DNA of 62,068 nucleotides, filler included, from Circinaria calcarea (lineage: Eukaryota): NCBI GenBank assembly GCA_051942165.1. It is 29 parts of 29 records of this genome, joined end to end, with 100 filler letters (N's around TTAATTAATTAA, not from the genome) between each part and the next. Parts side by side here need not be neighbours in the genome. Positions count along the whole stretch, not along the records: positions 38,658 to 40,698 come from JAVECS010003942.1; positions 40,799 to 42,838 come from JAVECS010003943.1; positions 42,939 to 44,978 come from JAVECS010003944.1; positions 45,079 to 47,117 come from JAVECS010003945.1; positions 47,218 to 49,255 come from JAVECS010003946.1; positions 49,356 to 51,393 come from JAVECS010003947.1; positions 51,494 to 53,530 come from JAVECS010003948.1; 22 more parts are not named here. The stretch is one strand, 5' to 3'. The position numbers and the translations under genes are program-made. This document shows, in pieces, positions 38,658-51,755 of this stretch; position 1 is the stretch's first letter; each line of letters opens with the position of its first letter. The notes beneath the pieces were generated by a model. It saw only the letters and a list, made by a program, of their open reading frames with translations. It did no database searches and was not told where the DNA came from.

Positions 38658-38950
38658 GGTGTACTCAACGCTGCGATATTCAACACATGGCGAAGGTTTA
38701 AAGCACAAGCCCTCTATGTCCTACCACCTTTCGCCATTGCGTACGCTACCATGAAATGGGCCATCGAGAAGTGAGTCCGCCTTCATAAATAGAGGTTCGA
38801 AGGACAGGGCGTGATCTAGCCCGATAATAGGAAAGAGAGCTGACCTTGCATCGATTGAATAGGAACGAATACTATAACTCTAAGGAGGGCCGTCTGCACG
38901 ATACTGAGGCTGCGGAGGAGGCCACTCAAGGCGGGACGGTACGGGGTTAA
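38658..38950 (+). CDS. QCR8: Cytochrome bc1 subunit 8, 5' partial
   Basis: AIFNTWRRFKAQALYVLPPF..MKWAIEK|NEYYNSKEGR. Intron at 38771-38862. Confidence 0.92.
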
Positions 38951-39381
38951 TTGAGAGTATTGGAGCCTGCTGTCGCTGTCAAAATCGCTCCCTTGGGAGA
39001 TGTACACTACTGGAGCTTTCGCGTAGTCTTAGACCTTTCCTCACGCTGTTATCGATCCTCACAAAAAGGAGCAGAATGTTTTCAGTGCCATGCTAGAGAC
39101 AAACCTTCCATCTGTAGTACTATCGTTTTAGCCCGCACTTGTAGCCTTGAGAACTGGAGAAGATGTAAGCTCTCAATACAACTGAATCAATCCTAGCGAT
39201 TAGTCTTTGAAACTTGAACTCGAGAGTTTCTAAACACAGATAGGGCTATAAGCAGGGCTAAGCTGTACTAGCGGCTGCCGAGCTTAAAGCTCACCTCGAA
39301 AATTCGCGACTCGCATCTTCGAGCTTTCGGCACCTAATTCAGTGTCCGAAACTCACCACCTCTTCTCCACGCATTCTCACA

Positions 39382-40165
39382 ATGGCAAAGGAGAAAAGCA
39401 CAGACAAAGAGGAACGGAGGAAGGAAAGAAAAGAGAAGAAGGAGAAAAAGGAGAAGCGATCCGAGAAGGAGGGAGTCCACAAGAGCAAAAAAGACAAAAA
39501 GGAGAAGAAGGTCCTCGAAGCTGCAGAGGAGGCCAATGTCACAACTGCGCCTCTGAATCACCTGGAAGCAGAGAAACCGGGGAGTGTGGCCGTTAAGGAA
39601 AATGGAGACGTGACGGTAAAGGTGAAGAGTGCGCCATTACTCGGCGCATTGGTCCCTTTTGCGAATCCATTGGCGGATGAGAAGGTGGGGAAGAAGGTCC
39701 TCAAGAGCGTCAAGAAAGGTAAACCTTTGCTCTGGTTAGACATATCAGGTGCAATCGGCTGATCTCTCTCCCTTTTCTTCTACAGCCGCAAAGAACAAAT
39801 CCCTCAAGCGCGGCGTCAAAGAAGTCGTCAAGTCCCTCCGCAAATCTACCACGGCAACCGCCTCGGGCGGGGAAGCTCCCGGCATCGTCGTCCTCGCCGC
39901 AGACATCTCGCCAATGGACGTCATATCGCATATTCCAGTTCTGTGCGAAGACCATGGGGTCCCTTATATTTTCGTCCCGTCGAGAGCGGAGCTCGGAGCG
40001 GCGGGAAGCACGAAGAGACCGACTAGCGTGGTGATGGTCAGCCCGGAAAAGGGCGGGAAGAAGAAGGCAGGCGGGGAAAAGGAGGAAGGGGAGGAAGAGT
40101 TTGCCGAGGTCTACAAGGACCTGGTGAAGATTGTACAAAAGGCGTCCAGGGATGTGCGGATATAG
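39382..40165 (+). CDS. NHP2: H/ACA RNP subunit Nhp2 (L7Ae family)
   Basis: Lys/Glu-rich N-terminus, PFANPLA, LKRGVKEVVKSLRK, AADISPMDVISHIPVLCED and TKRPTS. Confidence 0.95.
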
Positions 40166-43100
40166 GGGACTTTATTTCCTTTGTGTGCCTTGGAGCATGG
40201 TGCATTGGCGTTTAAGTGGGCTTGTCTACCCCGGGAGGGGGAGGCATGTTTGCTCAAAAGCTTTTCGACTTCATTCTGACTGCCAACCATGGGCACAAGT
40301 CCCCAAGTCATGGGGGATAAAAAATTGGCAAAAAATTTGCTCAAGTCATCCACATATCCCCGTACCTCTTGTCCGTCTCCCCACATCCTCCGATTCCCCT
40401 CACTCTCCCCAACTCCAACAAAACCCTCTTCACCCCTTCCCACTCGTCCCTTGTCCGCACACACAAACTCGACAGTCACTCTCAACCCCTCGGACCCCCT
40501 TATTCCCTCCCCTCCTTTAGAACTAGAATCGATCAATCACGCCCGTATCCCATATCCCATATCCCATATCCCCAAACCCCTCACCCTGGATATCGAAGAA
40601 AGCCCCAGTACGCGGGCCGCAATAGATCACTTTACCCAGACCTTCTCCTCGATGCCAGGTTCCCTAATGACGCTGGAAGGCAATGAGAAAGATAGTAGNN
40701 NNNNNNNNNNNNNNNNNNNNNNNNNNNNNNNNNNNNNNNNNNTTAATTAATTAANNNNNNNNNNNNNNNNNNNNNNNNNNNNNNNNNNNNNNNNNNNNCA
40801 TTACCCCGCAATTAAGGAGAGCTTGCAGGGTGAACGAGATCCGAGCATAGCCGGGTGGGTGAGGCTACCTATCTTTAGGAGGTACGAGGCGAGGTACTCC
40901 ATACTTGATACCGGGTATCAGGTATGTCACTTGTGCCCCGTGTTCCTCATGCTCGGGCTTGCTTCGTTTTGTCGCATTTTCTCACGGACGTAAATAGCAC
41001 ATCGGTCGGAGCCTTCTCGAGAGCAGCTCCGGAAAAACCTTCCGCTCCGCTCTAGCCTAAGTCAATGATGGTTGGACCGCCGAAGGACTCGGAGAAGGGT
41101 GTTTTCTTGGGACGTAAAGCCGTGGGATAGTGCCAGCTAGACAAGTGCCGGTGGTCGGTTTGGCCTCGTGATGAAACTGCGAGGAAAGATACGGTTGGCA
41201 GGTTTGAATACACAAGGTCGATTGATAGGTTCTCTCGGTGCCTATTGCCTTGGTGCTGCCCTCCATGCGCTTTCTCTCCTCCACACTCGTCGAGGGCATG
41301 CAAGTGGCGTGCGCCCTACGCAACAAACACCCGCATCTACGAATACGAGGGGACAGATGATGCACGCAACAGATCCGGCGATCCAGAAAATGAGGGAGTG
41401 GGTGTGCGGTGGCTGCATGGGAGGAATATGCCTTTCCGCTTCTTTCCGTCCTTTAGTGTCGCCCAAATCTCCCGTAGTCCGAAGCTAACTCCTACTCGGG
41501 CTCGGGCTTGGCGGCGTGGTCGAACGAATCATGGGGCAGGTCTCTATATCTGATTCGCTACGTGCAATACTATACCACCCCAATCTTTACCAACCCTCCT
41601 TCCCACCATCAAGATTCCACGTGATGTGTAACATGGGCTCCAAGGTATTGGATACCTACTCGATACAGTAACGCTTAGACGCTTATCGAGGTCGGGGAAA
41701 GTTCTTCCGGAAGCTCGTTTAAATAGCCGACTGGGTACAAACTTTACATGTATGAAGCATCTACTGCAGTATATATTATCTCAACAACGACTTCTGACGG
41801 CAGGACTTGGCATCTTACATGCAGTCTTACTCCGTTCGTTTCCAACCACTCTGTCCCTCACCCGCAGCACAGGTGGCTTGATTTAGGCTCAAAGGACCAT
41901 GGAAATGGAAGAATGACTTGCCCTAGTATAGTCATCTCGAGATGAATGGGAACATATATTCTAGTGCGGCTCCGCGAATTCCGTTGAAGAAGCTTGTGAC
42001 ATTACAGCCTCCACGTCTCTAGCGCGGCTTCTCACCTTTTTGTCGAAGAGCTCTGCGATATTACAACTTCCCGGGGTCTCTGGCGCGGCTTCCAGCTCTC
42101 GTCGGAGAGGCTTATCGGTTCCGGTCAGCGCGAGCAGGTCCGATGGGAAAGGGGCAGGGAAGAGGGGGAGAAGGGGACAGGCAGGTGGCAAGTGGGCTGA
42201 CGGGGTTGAGCCACCATGATAACCACTTTGGAGAAGGGGAAATAAGATGAGCCGAGCGTGTGGGCTGAGGATTTGGATGGAGGAGCGGGGGTTTTGGGGG
42301 GGGGGAGATGGTTGATAAAGGTGGAATCGGGACTGGGAATTGCTGACTGGGTTGTCGATATATTGGCACGGCTTGGATTGCCGTAAGTAGTGTGGTGTGT
42401 GACAAGCTGACGCCCCTTTTTTTCCGGAGGATTTGGGGGCGGTGGAAAATGGCTGTAGCCAATCGAATAGCTTTTATCCCAAGGAGCTGAAGGAAGAACG
42501 AGGCTTGCGCATGAACGCTTTGTGCCACGCATTTGACTATGAAAATTGAAAAAAAGGGGGGGGGGGATCGAGATCTACGGAATGGAGGCGTGGGTGGCTT
42601 TGTATGGGTGGAGTGGAGTGGAGTGGGGAATAGGTAATGTCAAAGTCGAAGTTGGACCATTTTCATACTTCCAGCATCCACCAGGCCTTTGGCCCATCCC
42701 ACCCACGATAGCTATTCTCTCTCTCTCAACCTCAGCTACTTTGTGTAGTTTGATCGCATTTTGGTACCTAAATACCGAACTACCTAGATAATTAACTTTG
42801 AGTTTGCCCATTCATTTGTTCAGGGTGAGGTCGTTCCGNNNNNNNNNNNNNNNNNNNNNNNNNNNNNNNNNNNNNNNNNNNNTTAATTAATTAANNNNNN
42901 NNNNNNNNNNNNNNNNNNNNNNNNNNNNNNNNNNNNNNCCGGGTCACTTTCTACGAGTCATGGATCTACATCACTAATCTTCCACACGAGACACGACCTT
43001 ACACGATCTAGGCTTCAAGATATGGACATCTTAGATTTCCTATTTCAAACCTACGTACCTTCATGGCTTCAATCTGGACTCTCTACTTCAAAGCACGCCA

Positions 43101-43889
43101 CTCATTCTCCTTCAACATACCGAACAGCCTCTCATGTCCGCCTAATATGGAGTTGAAACTGGTCATCATTCTCGCTTGCCCAAACGTCCAGCCATTGTAC
43201 CTAACCAACACCCCTTTGTAAGCTCAATGCATAGATGAAGGTTGGAAATCCCGGGGTTTAGCGGAAGCTGAGTGGCTGGGTGGATGTTCTGGTTGTCGCA
43301 CTGTCCTGTGGCGTTTGGAGCAAAGCAAGCGGTCAATTGGGCTGGGCTTACGTGTTCTACACGCGATCATGTTTCGGGCCTCGAGTACTACTCGGCTCCT
43401 CTGATGATTGACTTCTTACGGCGAAACGCCGTGATTGTTCTTTCTTTCTCTTTCCTCTTGCTTGCTTGCTTGCATAGTTGCATGCATTTTATTTAGTTTC
43501 CCTTCTTGGGACTAGATAGATACCAGAATGCCCAAGGCACAACCTTTTTCCCCACAACTCCTGTTTGCTTGCTTGTGATGTCCTGATGATGAACAACACA
43601 CCTGTATATGTCCATGTTGCTTCGTTCTCGAGAGAGACACTAACTAGATGCCACCCTTGTGATCTTATTCCCCTCCATTTCTGCAAAAGACGGCCCCCGG
43701 ACGGACGGACGGACAGACAAAGACACCCCAAGAACTCCCCCTAATCAAACCAAACAGAACTTCTCAATCCATGCTCCCATAGACTCCCCGTTCCCAACTC
43801 ATCAACACCTACCCTTTTCCCTTTTCCTTTTCCTCTCTCTCTCTCTCTCTCTCACACACTCTCTCTCACACACACACACACACTTAATC

Positions 43890-44978
43890 TCACACCTTCC
43901 TCCTCCCCATCCCCATCCCCATGCCCATCCCATCCCGACACCTCTCCTCCAACCGGCGCAACTTCCCCCTCAGATCCCTCCTCTCGCCTTCCCGCTCGAG
44001 CCAGCTCTCCATGGCCGTGCGGACTGGGCGCAGGCGCTGCCAGACGGGTTGATTCGCGCTTCCGTTGACGCTTCCGTTGATGCTCCCGTTGATGCTACCG
44101 CTTTCACCGGAACTCTCGCTTTCGCTCAGGCTCGCGCTCAGGTTCACTCTCCCCGGATTCATGAGGGTCTCGAAAAAGGCAGTCCAGAGCTCCACCTGCC
44201 AGTACCGCTTCAGCCCCTCTTTCAGCCGGTACCGTTTCGCGCCCGTTCCCAACGCCCCGCCGTCTCCGTCTGCGTTCCCAGCCGCCCCGGCAACGACGCC
44301 GTCCCCTTCGCACCCGTTCGCCTTCCCCGTTGGCTTCTCCACCACATCCTCGATCCACTTTCCAAACAGCAGCAGGTGCACAATCGCCGCGACGCCCCAG
44401 TAATCCACCTGCCAGGTCCAGGGCCGCATCTCGCGCATCTCGGCGCAGTCCTGCGTGCCGGTTTTCCAGTCGGCGATGAATTGGACCGTGGGGGAAAAGC
44501 AGCGCAGGTCGATGCCGCGGCCAAAGTCGATGAGGAGCAGGCCGAGGGAGGACCAGCCGTTGGCGCCGGTGGGGGAGTAGGAGGAGTTTCCCGAGGATGC
44601 GGGAGAGGGTTTCAAGCGGACGAGACAGTTGTCGGCTTTGAGGTCGCCGTGCAGGAGTCCCTGGGAGTGGAGGGCTTCAACTGTGCGGAGGAGTTCGATG
44701 GTGAAGAACATGACGACGGCTTCGTCGAGGACACCGTTGGAAGATGAGGACGTGTCTGCGCGAGCAATGTTGACGAGGTCGAGGAGCGTGCCTTGGTCGC
44801 GGTATTCTTCTATCAGGTAGCCTTCGTCTGCGAAGAGATGCATGCCGTATGGTTTAGCCAGGGATTCTGTAGCGCGGGAGAGGCCGAGACGGCGGTGGGC
44901 GGTGGACATGATGTAGAACTCCCAGGGCGTGGGTGGGGATTCGCATTTTATGGCCGAGAAGCGAGGTTGAAGGGGGTT
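43890..44978 (-). CDS. BUB1: Spindle checkpoint kinase Bub1 C-terminus, 5' partial
   Basis: GTLLDLVN, LHGDLKADNCLVR, LIDFGRGID, DCAEMREMRPWTWQVDY and LKRYWQ. Confidence 0.93.
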   Translation of the reverse strand, partial: NPLQPRFSAIKCESPPTPWEFYIMSTAHRRLGLSRATESLAKPYGMHLFADEGYLIEEYRDQGTLLDLVNIARADTSSSSNGVLDEAVVMFFTIELLRTVEALHSQGLLHGDLKADNCLVRLKPSPASSGNSSYSPTGANGWSSLGLLLIDFGRGIDLRCFSPTVQFIADWKTGTQDCAEMREMRPWTWQVDYWGVAAIVHLLLFGKWIEDVVEKPTGKANGCEGDGVVAGAAGNADGDGGALGTGAKRYRLKEGLKRYWQVELWTAFFETLMNPGRVNLSASLSESESSGESGSINGSINGSVNGSANQPVWQRLRPVRTAMESWLEREGERRDLRGKLRRLEERCRDGMGMGMGMGRRKV

Positions 44979-46808
44979 NNNNNNNNNNNNNNNNNNNNNN
45001 NNNNNNNNNNNNNNNNNNNNNNTTAATTAATTAANNNNNNNNNNNNNNNNNNNNNNNNNNNNNNNNNNNNNNNNNNNNATTCCACTGGCCGGAGTTGTGT
45101 CCTATGTGGACCCAGCTCAGAACACTTCAGTACGCCAGCGAAAAGTACGATGAAGTCAGACATTTCTTTCCCAAAGGTATATAAAAGAGGAACAGGAAGA
45201 GCAGTCTATTATTTTAAAAAAGATCCAGGCTGGCAATATCATAGCACACAGCTGTGAAGCCGACACTAATGCTAGTATCTATACTAGATAAAAGAGATAG
45301 GACTTTAAGGCTTTCAAGGAGATTTACCACTTCACCCCTGCTGAAATTGTTATATTTGATAAATTTGTCAGTAACCTCTTTGTTCTATCTAATCATCTTT
45401 GGTAGATAGGGTAATGGCGCACTTCTCCGTATATAATCTCCCGAATTCCCTCTGCGTTCACAGTAGCATTTACATCGCATTCTTTCGATACTCACATTAC
45501 AATTCACTAAGCATCCACTCATTACTCACTCATTATTTATGTTCGCATTCATAATGAAGCTTACCGCGGAGGATTTTTAATTGGATTTTTTGGCCTCCTA
45601 ACAAGCCTGATGGTGATCGCCATCTGGAAGTCCCCGTGAGGCCTTGGCCAGGCTCCGGCGGCGGTGGCGGTCTCCGGCCTGGGATGCCTTGAGTATGGCC
45701 TGGCGGTCAGCGAAGATGGGGAGGCGGGCGCAAGATGTGCTGTCGATACACGTTATCAATCAAAAAGCAACCTTGTTTGCAGGTCCTTTGGCGATCTTAT
45801 CTTTATAGGTAGAGCGGGCCTCTTAAGAGTTCGCTAGTCTCCTGGAAAACTATTGGCAAGATAAGATAAATTATCACCGAGTTCTCACCCAACAAACTCG
45901 AAGTTAACGCAGGCCTATTGGATTCTCTACCAAAGCTACAGCTCCGCGGAGCCTAGTAATGAGTTCAAAGGTTGGTCTATCCCTGTTTTTCACTTCGTAC
46001 ATGCTTGATACAGAAATAGGATTGATGTTCTCGACGATAGCTACCACTATATGATATCTGGTGAAGAGAAAAATGGTGTGCAAAGTTGGACGCTAGTGGC
46101 GTCGGAGTTCTTCTTATAAGATGTGTTCGGTGTGGATGATAGGTTGCGGTTAACTTGCTAGTAAGCTTTGGGGTTGTTACTTTCACAAGAGTATAAGGTG
46201 AGCCTTGGAGTGACAAGAAGGATCTCTGGGATTGTGAACACTGTCTCGGCCTTGCTACTCAGAGGGATTCATAGCATCAGAACGACGTGTATCGATACGA
46301 AGAAACAAGTGGGCAGGAAATCACAATCTCAGAGACTACATCAACTGTAACGCTTGAAATCATGGATGAATGGTACGAACGAAAGTAAATTCGTAGAAGT
46401 ATTCTAGCGATCAGCCCCAGAGTACTCCAATACGACTTTTGGTATTGCCAGCAGTCGTAGCTGTAAGTTAATCATGTCATCAAATCGATATCAGTTATAC
46501 AACAAGACGATCTATAGAATCAAGCGATTAACGGTTTCAAGGGTTCTAGCTGATATCTAAGAATAATCCTTTGGTAATTCGCTGAAGCAGCGTTGGATCT
46601 CAATCACGAAGATAGACGCGACTTCCACAACAAATGAATAAACTACATTAGCCGTTGTGCGAACTGTCTTGTCTACGTTCATAAAGTCCAATTAGTGTAC
46701 ACCAGTCCAGTCCTTACCACTTCTTTCGATGTGAACAGCTGAAGAACACTACATCTCCTTCTACTCCTCCCATATACTATCAAATACCTGGATGGAAGTG
46801 CACAGAGC

Positions 46809-47117
46809 ATGGAGAAACTACTAAAGGATTGGAGGCAAGACGCTATCAACAAACACCACTACGAGTCGGCGACATACATTGGCGATAAACTGCTTGCTCT
46901 TACAAGTAAGTGGTCATCTTCCCGCACCATTTGACAAGCTGATGCTTACTAGATGACCCAAAGGACGCATTCTGGCTTGCTCAAGCACACTTCTCTACTG
47001 GCAACTACACACGCGCACAGACTATCCTTGAAAGGCACAATCTTATTAGCCATAGCCCATCATGTCGATACCTTGCCGCTCATTGTCAAGTAAAGCTACA
47101 GAAATTCGATGAAGCCC
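46809..47117 (+). CDS. CDC16: APC/C subunit Cdc16/Cut9, 3' partial
   Basis: MEKLLKDWRQDAINKHHYESATYIGDKLLALT|DDPKDAFWLAQAHFSTGNYTRA..CRYLAAHC. Intron at 46906-46952. Confidence 0.92.
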
Positions 47118-47787
47118 NNNNNNNNNNNNNNNNNNNNNNNNNNNNNNNNNNNNNNNNNNNNTTAATTAATTAANNNNNNNNNNNNNNNNNNNNNNNNNNN
47201 NNNNNNNNNNNNNNNNNTGTCGGAGACTTGCTAGGCGATTCTCTTTTTCGCCTGGGGGAACGGCTGTTGTGCGACCTGGCTGAAATGCTCCCCACTCTCA
47301 CGAGACGACATGTACGCCGTCGGCGCCTGGCAGATGCTGCGAGATACCCATTTAGATAGTTCCGGTTATTCTGGCCGGCAGCAGGTACTCCTGCTCCAGA
47401 TGAGTTCGCGGAAACCGTGACCGTCGAATCCCAAGGCACCGTGGCGCCTGCCGAATAGAGCCTTGCTCTATCCAACTTGATTTATTCCGTGAGGCCTGAT
47501 AGCCGTGAGATTGGCACCGGGTGTTGCACGCCTGACCGACGGGGGCCATATACAATGCCCAAGCCAACCGCTACGGTCGCATGCAGTGTGGAGGCGAGGT
47601 TACGACTTTAATGGTGGACTTGCCGCAGCTTGGCGACTACGATGGTGGACGCGACCTCGATGATGAGGTTGAAATATTACCAATATTTCTATCAGCGCCC
47701 AATACAAATTTGTATTATAATGCGATAAGCGAGAAAAAAATCTCTTTCCCTTCTCCAATTCCGTGTCTTTTGCACCATCTACACACT

Positions 47788-48658
47788 ATGTCTTTACCTG
47801 AATTAAACGACACGTTTCCCTCGCTCAGAGCTTTCAAAGCTGCTGTAACTACATATGCTATTCAAGAGCATTTTGTTCTAAATGTTATATAATCAAATAA
47901 TTTGATCGTACGGCTTCGTTGTCGCAATAATTCTAAATGCCATTTCCGAATTAATTACCATTGGCAAAATTTTTCCAAAATCGCCACGGTTACCAAAATC
48001 ATTAATTATCATAACTATCTTGGTTCAGCAAAGGCTAAACGAATTCCTGAGTATTCTGTTGCATGGCTGGTATAAATACTGTGTCAAATCTATATACGCC
48101 TATCGAGCCTGCCCAAGGGCGGGGTACCCCCTTTTGGTACAGTGGCAAAAGCTTGACAGTTATGAGCCCTTTTTCGCTACGGTCGCACCATTTTTAGTAT
48201 GGCCACCACCATTGCGCAGCATAATTCAGAGCGTGTGTTCGATTCCGACTGAGGACATAGCCAAGAGCCAGAGCAATACCGGCGTTACGGAGGCTCTGTC
48301 CGGGGTGAACCTGAGTACAGATAACTTAGGTCACGGGGGGGCAGTTCCAGGGTAATTACCAGTGTATTTGCATCCGCCAGTGCTATACGGAACCGATTTT
48401 CAGCATGCGCCATAATAAAACAAAAATAACAATGTCACCACACTTCCAGCTTGCCACCACACAGTGCTTCTAAGCTGGGGGGGGGGGTGTCAGACCTATA
48501 TACGCCTATCGAGCTTGCCTAAGGGCGGGGTACCCCCTTTTGGTGCAGTGGCAAAAGCTTGACATACTGCCAACGCTGATAGCCGTACGAAAGTGTAAGG
48601 GCGCTGCAATCCTTGGGGCTATTGAGGAATATAATAAGTCCCGATTGGTAATAGCACG
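47788..48658 (+). mobile_element. Degenerate MULE/MuDR transposase N-terminus, interrupted by the TRIM and cut by an LTR
   Basis: FPSLRAFKAAVTTYAIQEHF..RLRCRNNSKCHFRI..YHNY resembles a MuDR/FAR1-type DNA-binding domain. It has TAA stops, and the frame continues exactly once the TRIM and one TSD are removed. Confidence 0.7.
48082..48564 (+). mobile_element. Complete TRIM (miniature non-autonomous LTR retrotransposon), 483 bp
   Basis: LTRs at 48082-48158 and 48488-48564 (77 bp, TGTCA...TGACA, 72/77 identical). TSD TACTG on both sides. PBS GTTATGAGCCCT at 48159-48170. PPT G11 at 48477-48487. Confidence 0.93.
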
Positions 48659-49034
48659 TGTAATGGCGCCACCAGCCGTGATCAGTACTACGCGTACCAA
48701 GGGTATTCTGGAGGATGATCCAAGTGATCCCTTGTGTAACGTATGGGATCAATGGGAGCACTGGTGATCTAAGTGATCCGGTTGATCTGGTTAGGGAGCA
48801 GTGGGATCATAGGGATCACTACTGGGACCCCTGTCATGGGAAGGGTATATAGGCACAGTTCTTTCCGTAGTATTTAACCTGTGTGGTCAAGACCTTATAA
48901 GTGTAGCAATATACTTCTATTATCACTAATTACTTGCCAAGTGATTGGTATAGAACCCGTGCGCATATTACAGAGCCCCTGCCTTATACCAGTGACTAGC
49001 ATTGCCTTCGCCTAAGAAGCTTAGGGACGTAACA
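48659..49034 (+). mobile_element. LTR, 376 bp (TGTAATGGCG...GGGACGTAACA)
   Basis: TG...CA ends. The 3' half aligns with 51756-52112. No TSD seen, and AT-rich RIP-like sequence follows. Confidence 0.85.
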
Positions 49035-49693
49035 AAATATAAAGATAAATTTATAAGCCTATATTTACGCAATATTAATAAACTACGTATATAATCCGAA
49101 TATACGCTTATATTCAAGTAATTCTATAATTTAATAAGCCTCAATTGGTTTTATAGTAGTTATTATACTAATTTTTTCTTAATTACTTAATATTTATAAA
49201 AAATATTATATTACCGTCGATAATATATATAATTTGTGAAATAATGGAGGTAATANNNNNNNNNNNNNNNNNNNNNNNNNNNNNNNNNNNNNNNNNNNNT
49301 TAATTAATTAANNNNNNNNNNNNNNNNNNNNNNNNNNNNNNNNNNNNNNNNNNNNGGTGCGTCCCGTATCGGAGGGGGGAGAAAGTGGTGGTTGATAAGG
49401 GGGAGGGGAGGTAGGTGACGATTTCTTGGGACTGGAGTTGATAAGGGAGATAGGCAGACGTAGATAACGGGGTATGACAATAACGGTCGAGGCGAATGAT
49501 ATTTTATCTTATCATAGAACAGATAGGCAGGTAGATGATTTAATACAATCTGGTCATTCTAGGTATGCTGGAGGGAGGCAATACGGACTCAAAGCCCGAC
49601 AGAAAGTCAGAAAATGCTTCACGAAAGGCGTCGGAGCGAAGACCGTGTGTGAGACTAGTACCAGTAATCCCATATCCAAAGACGCCTGGGGCC

Positions 49694-51393
49694 TCAATCG
49701 GTTGCTTTGCATTTCGAACATTGTTTATTTCTAGCCATATTTTCGTTCTGGCCTTCCCTTGATTCCTCCCTGGAAGACCTGTCCACAGGGTGAATATGAT
49801 CTGCATCCATCCTGCGTACCGTCTCCCCTCCCGGCGAAAGCACAGCACGATCTGTAGCTAGAGGCAACACCCTGTGTCTACCTCGCAGCATCAAGCAAAT
49901 AAATATGAGCTTGCTGAGTTTATGGAATGTCCCGCAGAGTGAATAGTTATCGTAGGGTATACCGAGACTGAGACCAACGAGACCGTAGGCGGAAGCGACT
50001 TCGAATAGGATGGAGAAGATGCTATAGCCGGATTGGCCAGTCACGAGGGCATTGCGTTCGATGACGCAGATGAGGAAGAAGGCAGCAACGATGTACCAGA
50101 GGTCATAGACAAGGATGTTACTGATATGCCTCTAGGTAAGAATGTGTGTTAGTAGACTGGAGACTGTTTTAATTATTCGGACAGACTTGCTTACACCAAC
50201 GTATGACTTTTCCAACTTGACCTGATTGTCATTATGGTTATCAGAACGCTCAATGCCAAGAGACTGTTCCTCGTAAATGTTGGACCGACGTAAGGAGACA
50301 ATTATGGGAAGACTAGAAATGTACATTGCCGCCAGATACGTAACTTGTAAAGCTGGAGCGACAGAGCTTATCGTTATAATGAAGAAACCACTGGTACGGG
50401 CACCGAGTGCTTGGAAAAGGGCATCTATCGTCCGGGTACCGCCGGGGATACTTTCCACGGCTGGCACGCCGATATTGAGAATAATGAAGAGCACCCATAC
50501 TATAATATCGATCGTAAGCTGAACTGCGAATAAACACCAAGTGATGGTACTTGGGAACAGGTAAATGAAGCATCGTCGCGGGTGATTTAGTATAAAACAC
50601 AATGTTTTATGCAACTCTGAATTCTGACGGACAATCTTAGACAAGGTCCAGACTGTTAGACGAAGAAAGACCGGGTATTGAGTGTTCCCAATCAGGATCA
50701 GAGCGCCGATGACAATCAAGATGAGGTATTCTCCACTAAGACCTATGGAGCGTCAGCTGTACACTACCGCGTGGAGTCATCAATAGAAATTGCGTACTTA
50801 TAAAACTAGAATTCAGTAAACTCAATCCGGAATCACCAAAACCGCTAATAGTGGTGAAGAAGGCCCACCTATATCAATTATAATTAGCACAATTGGTAGG
50901 GTGCTAAGAAGATCTTGCCTACCATCCCGGATTCAGATTGCCGGGCTGGGAATTGCGTATGATACTAGCAACACTCTGGCGATAGCTATACGGAACGAGA
51001 ATAACAACTGATAGACTAATCCAGAAGATAAGATATGCTGGCACGATCCACGATAGCACTTTCGAGGAACGAAACTCTATCACGCTAAGTTCTTCTCGTT
51101 GTTCCTCACTCAGAGAATGAAAGCGCCCCTGCATGCTATTAGATTGTGCTTTCTCGGGATAGTGAACTCTGGTATGATACATACTCTACTATCGAAAGAG
51201 GGATCGAAGGAGAGGTAGCGAGGAGGGGTTCCGCGGGCTGGCCGAGTCAAACGCTTAAAGGGCCTTGTAAAGAGCTTCTGGACAAAGGCTGATTCCCAAG
51301 GGGCAGGTATTCCACCAAAACCTATCTCATAATGCCTCATTCTGGGAATCGAAGGACTGTACGGCGGTGCCGGGGTTCCCGGGTGACGTTTGT
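49694..51393 (-). CDS. Trk-family potassium transporter, 5' partial, several introns
   Basis: ILIGNTQYPVFLR, HPRRCFIYLFPS, FQALGARTSGF, MYISSLP, SNIYEEQSLG, FEVASAYGLVGLSLG and MLRGRHR. Confidence 0.92.
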
Positions 51394-51493
51394 NNNNNNN
51401 NNNNNNNNNNNNNNNNNNNNNNNNNNNNNNNNNNNNNTTAATTAATTAANNNNNNNNNNNNNNNNNNNNNNNNNNNNNNNNNNNNNNNNNNNN

Positions 51494-51711
51494 CACAGGT
51501 CAAATGCTACGGAAAGGACTGAGACTATATAGGTCTTCCTGAGGTTACACGAACCTTCCCAAAAGGGGTGGACGTCGTGGACGTCGTGGACGTCGTGGAC
51601 GTAACGACGTTCAGCACGTCCAGCACGTCCAGTATGTCCAGTACCAACGGTACGCCTAGCCCGCGTACTGCCTAGACCTCTTGGCACAGCCCCGCGGGGT
51701 GCGCCATTACA
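51494..51711 (-). mobile_element. LTR of the TGTAATGGCG family, truncated by the contig edge
   Basis: The reverse strand begins TGTAATGGCGCA and carries GGACGT/ACGTCC arrays, then TATATAGTCTCAGTCCTTTCCGTAG. Confidence 0.85.
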
Positions 51712-51755
51712 GTATAGCGCATAGCTTATTGGCGTATGGCACCCTATCGTAAAGT

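Noticed and set aside
40799..42838. Many short overlapping ORFs and a 27-bp hairpin near 40900
   Set aside because: No recognisable protein or RNA motif. It looks like intergenic or UTR sequence.
43659..44747. 362-aa + strand ORF
   Set aside because: It is the antisense shadow of the GC-rich BUB1 CDS plus microsatellite-derived sequence.
45230..45380. Possible Tc1-like DDE remnant (..EIVIFDKF..)
   Set aside because: Too short and degenerate, with no TIRs found.
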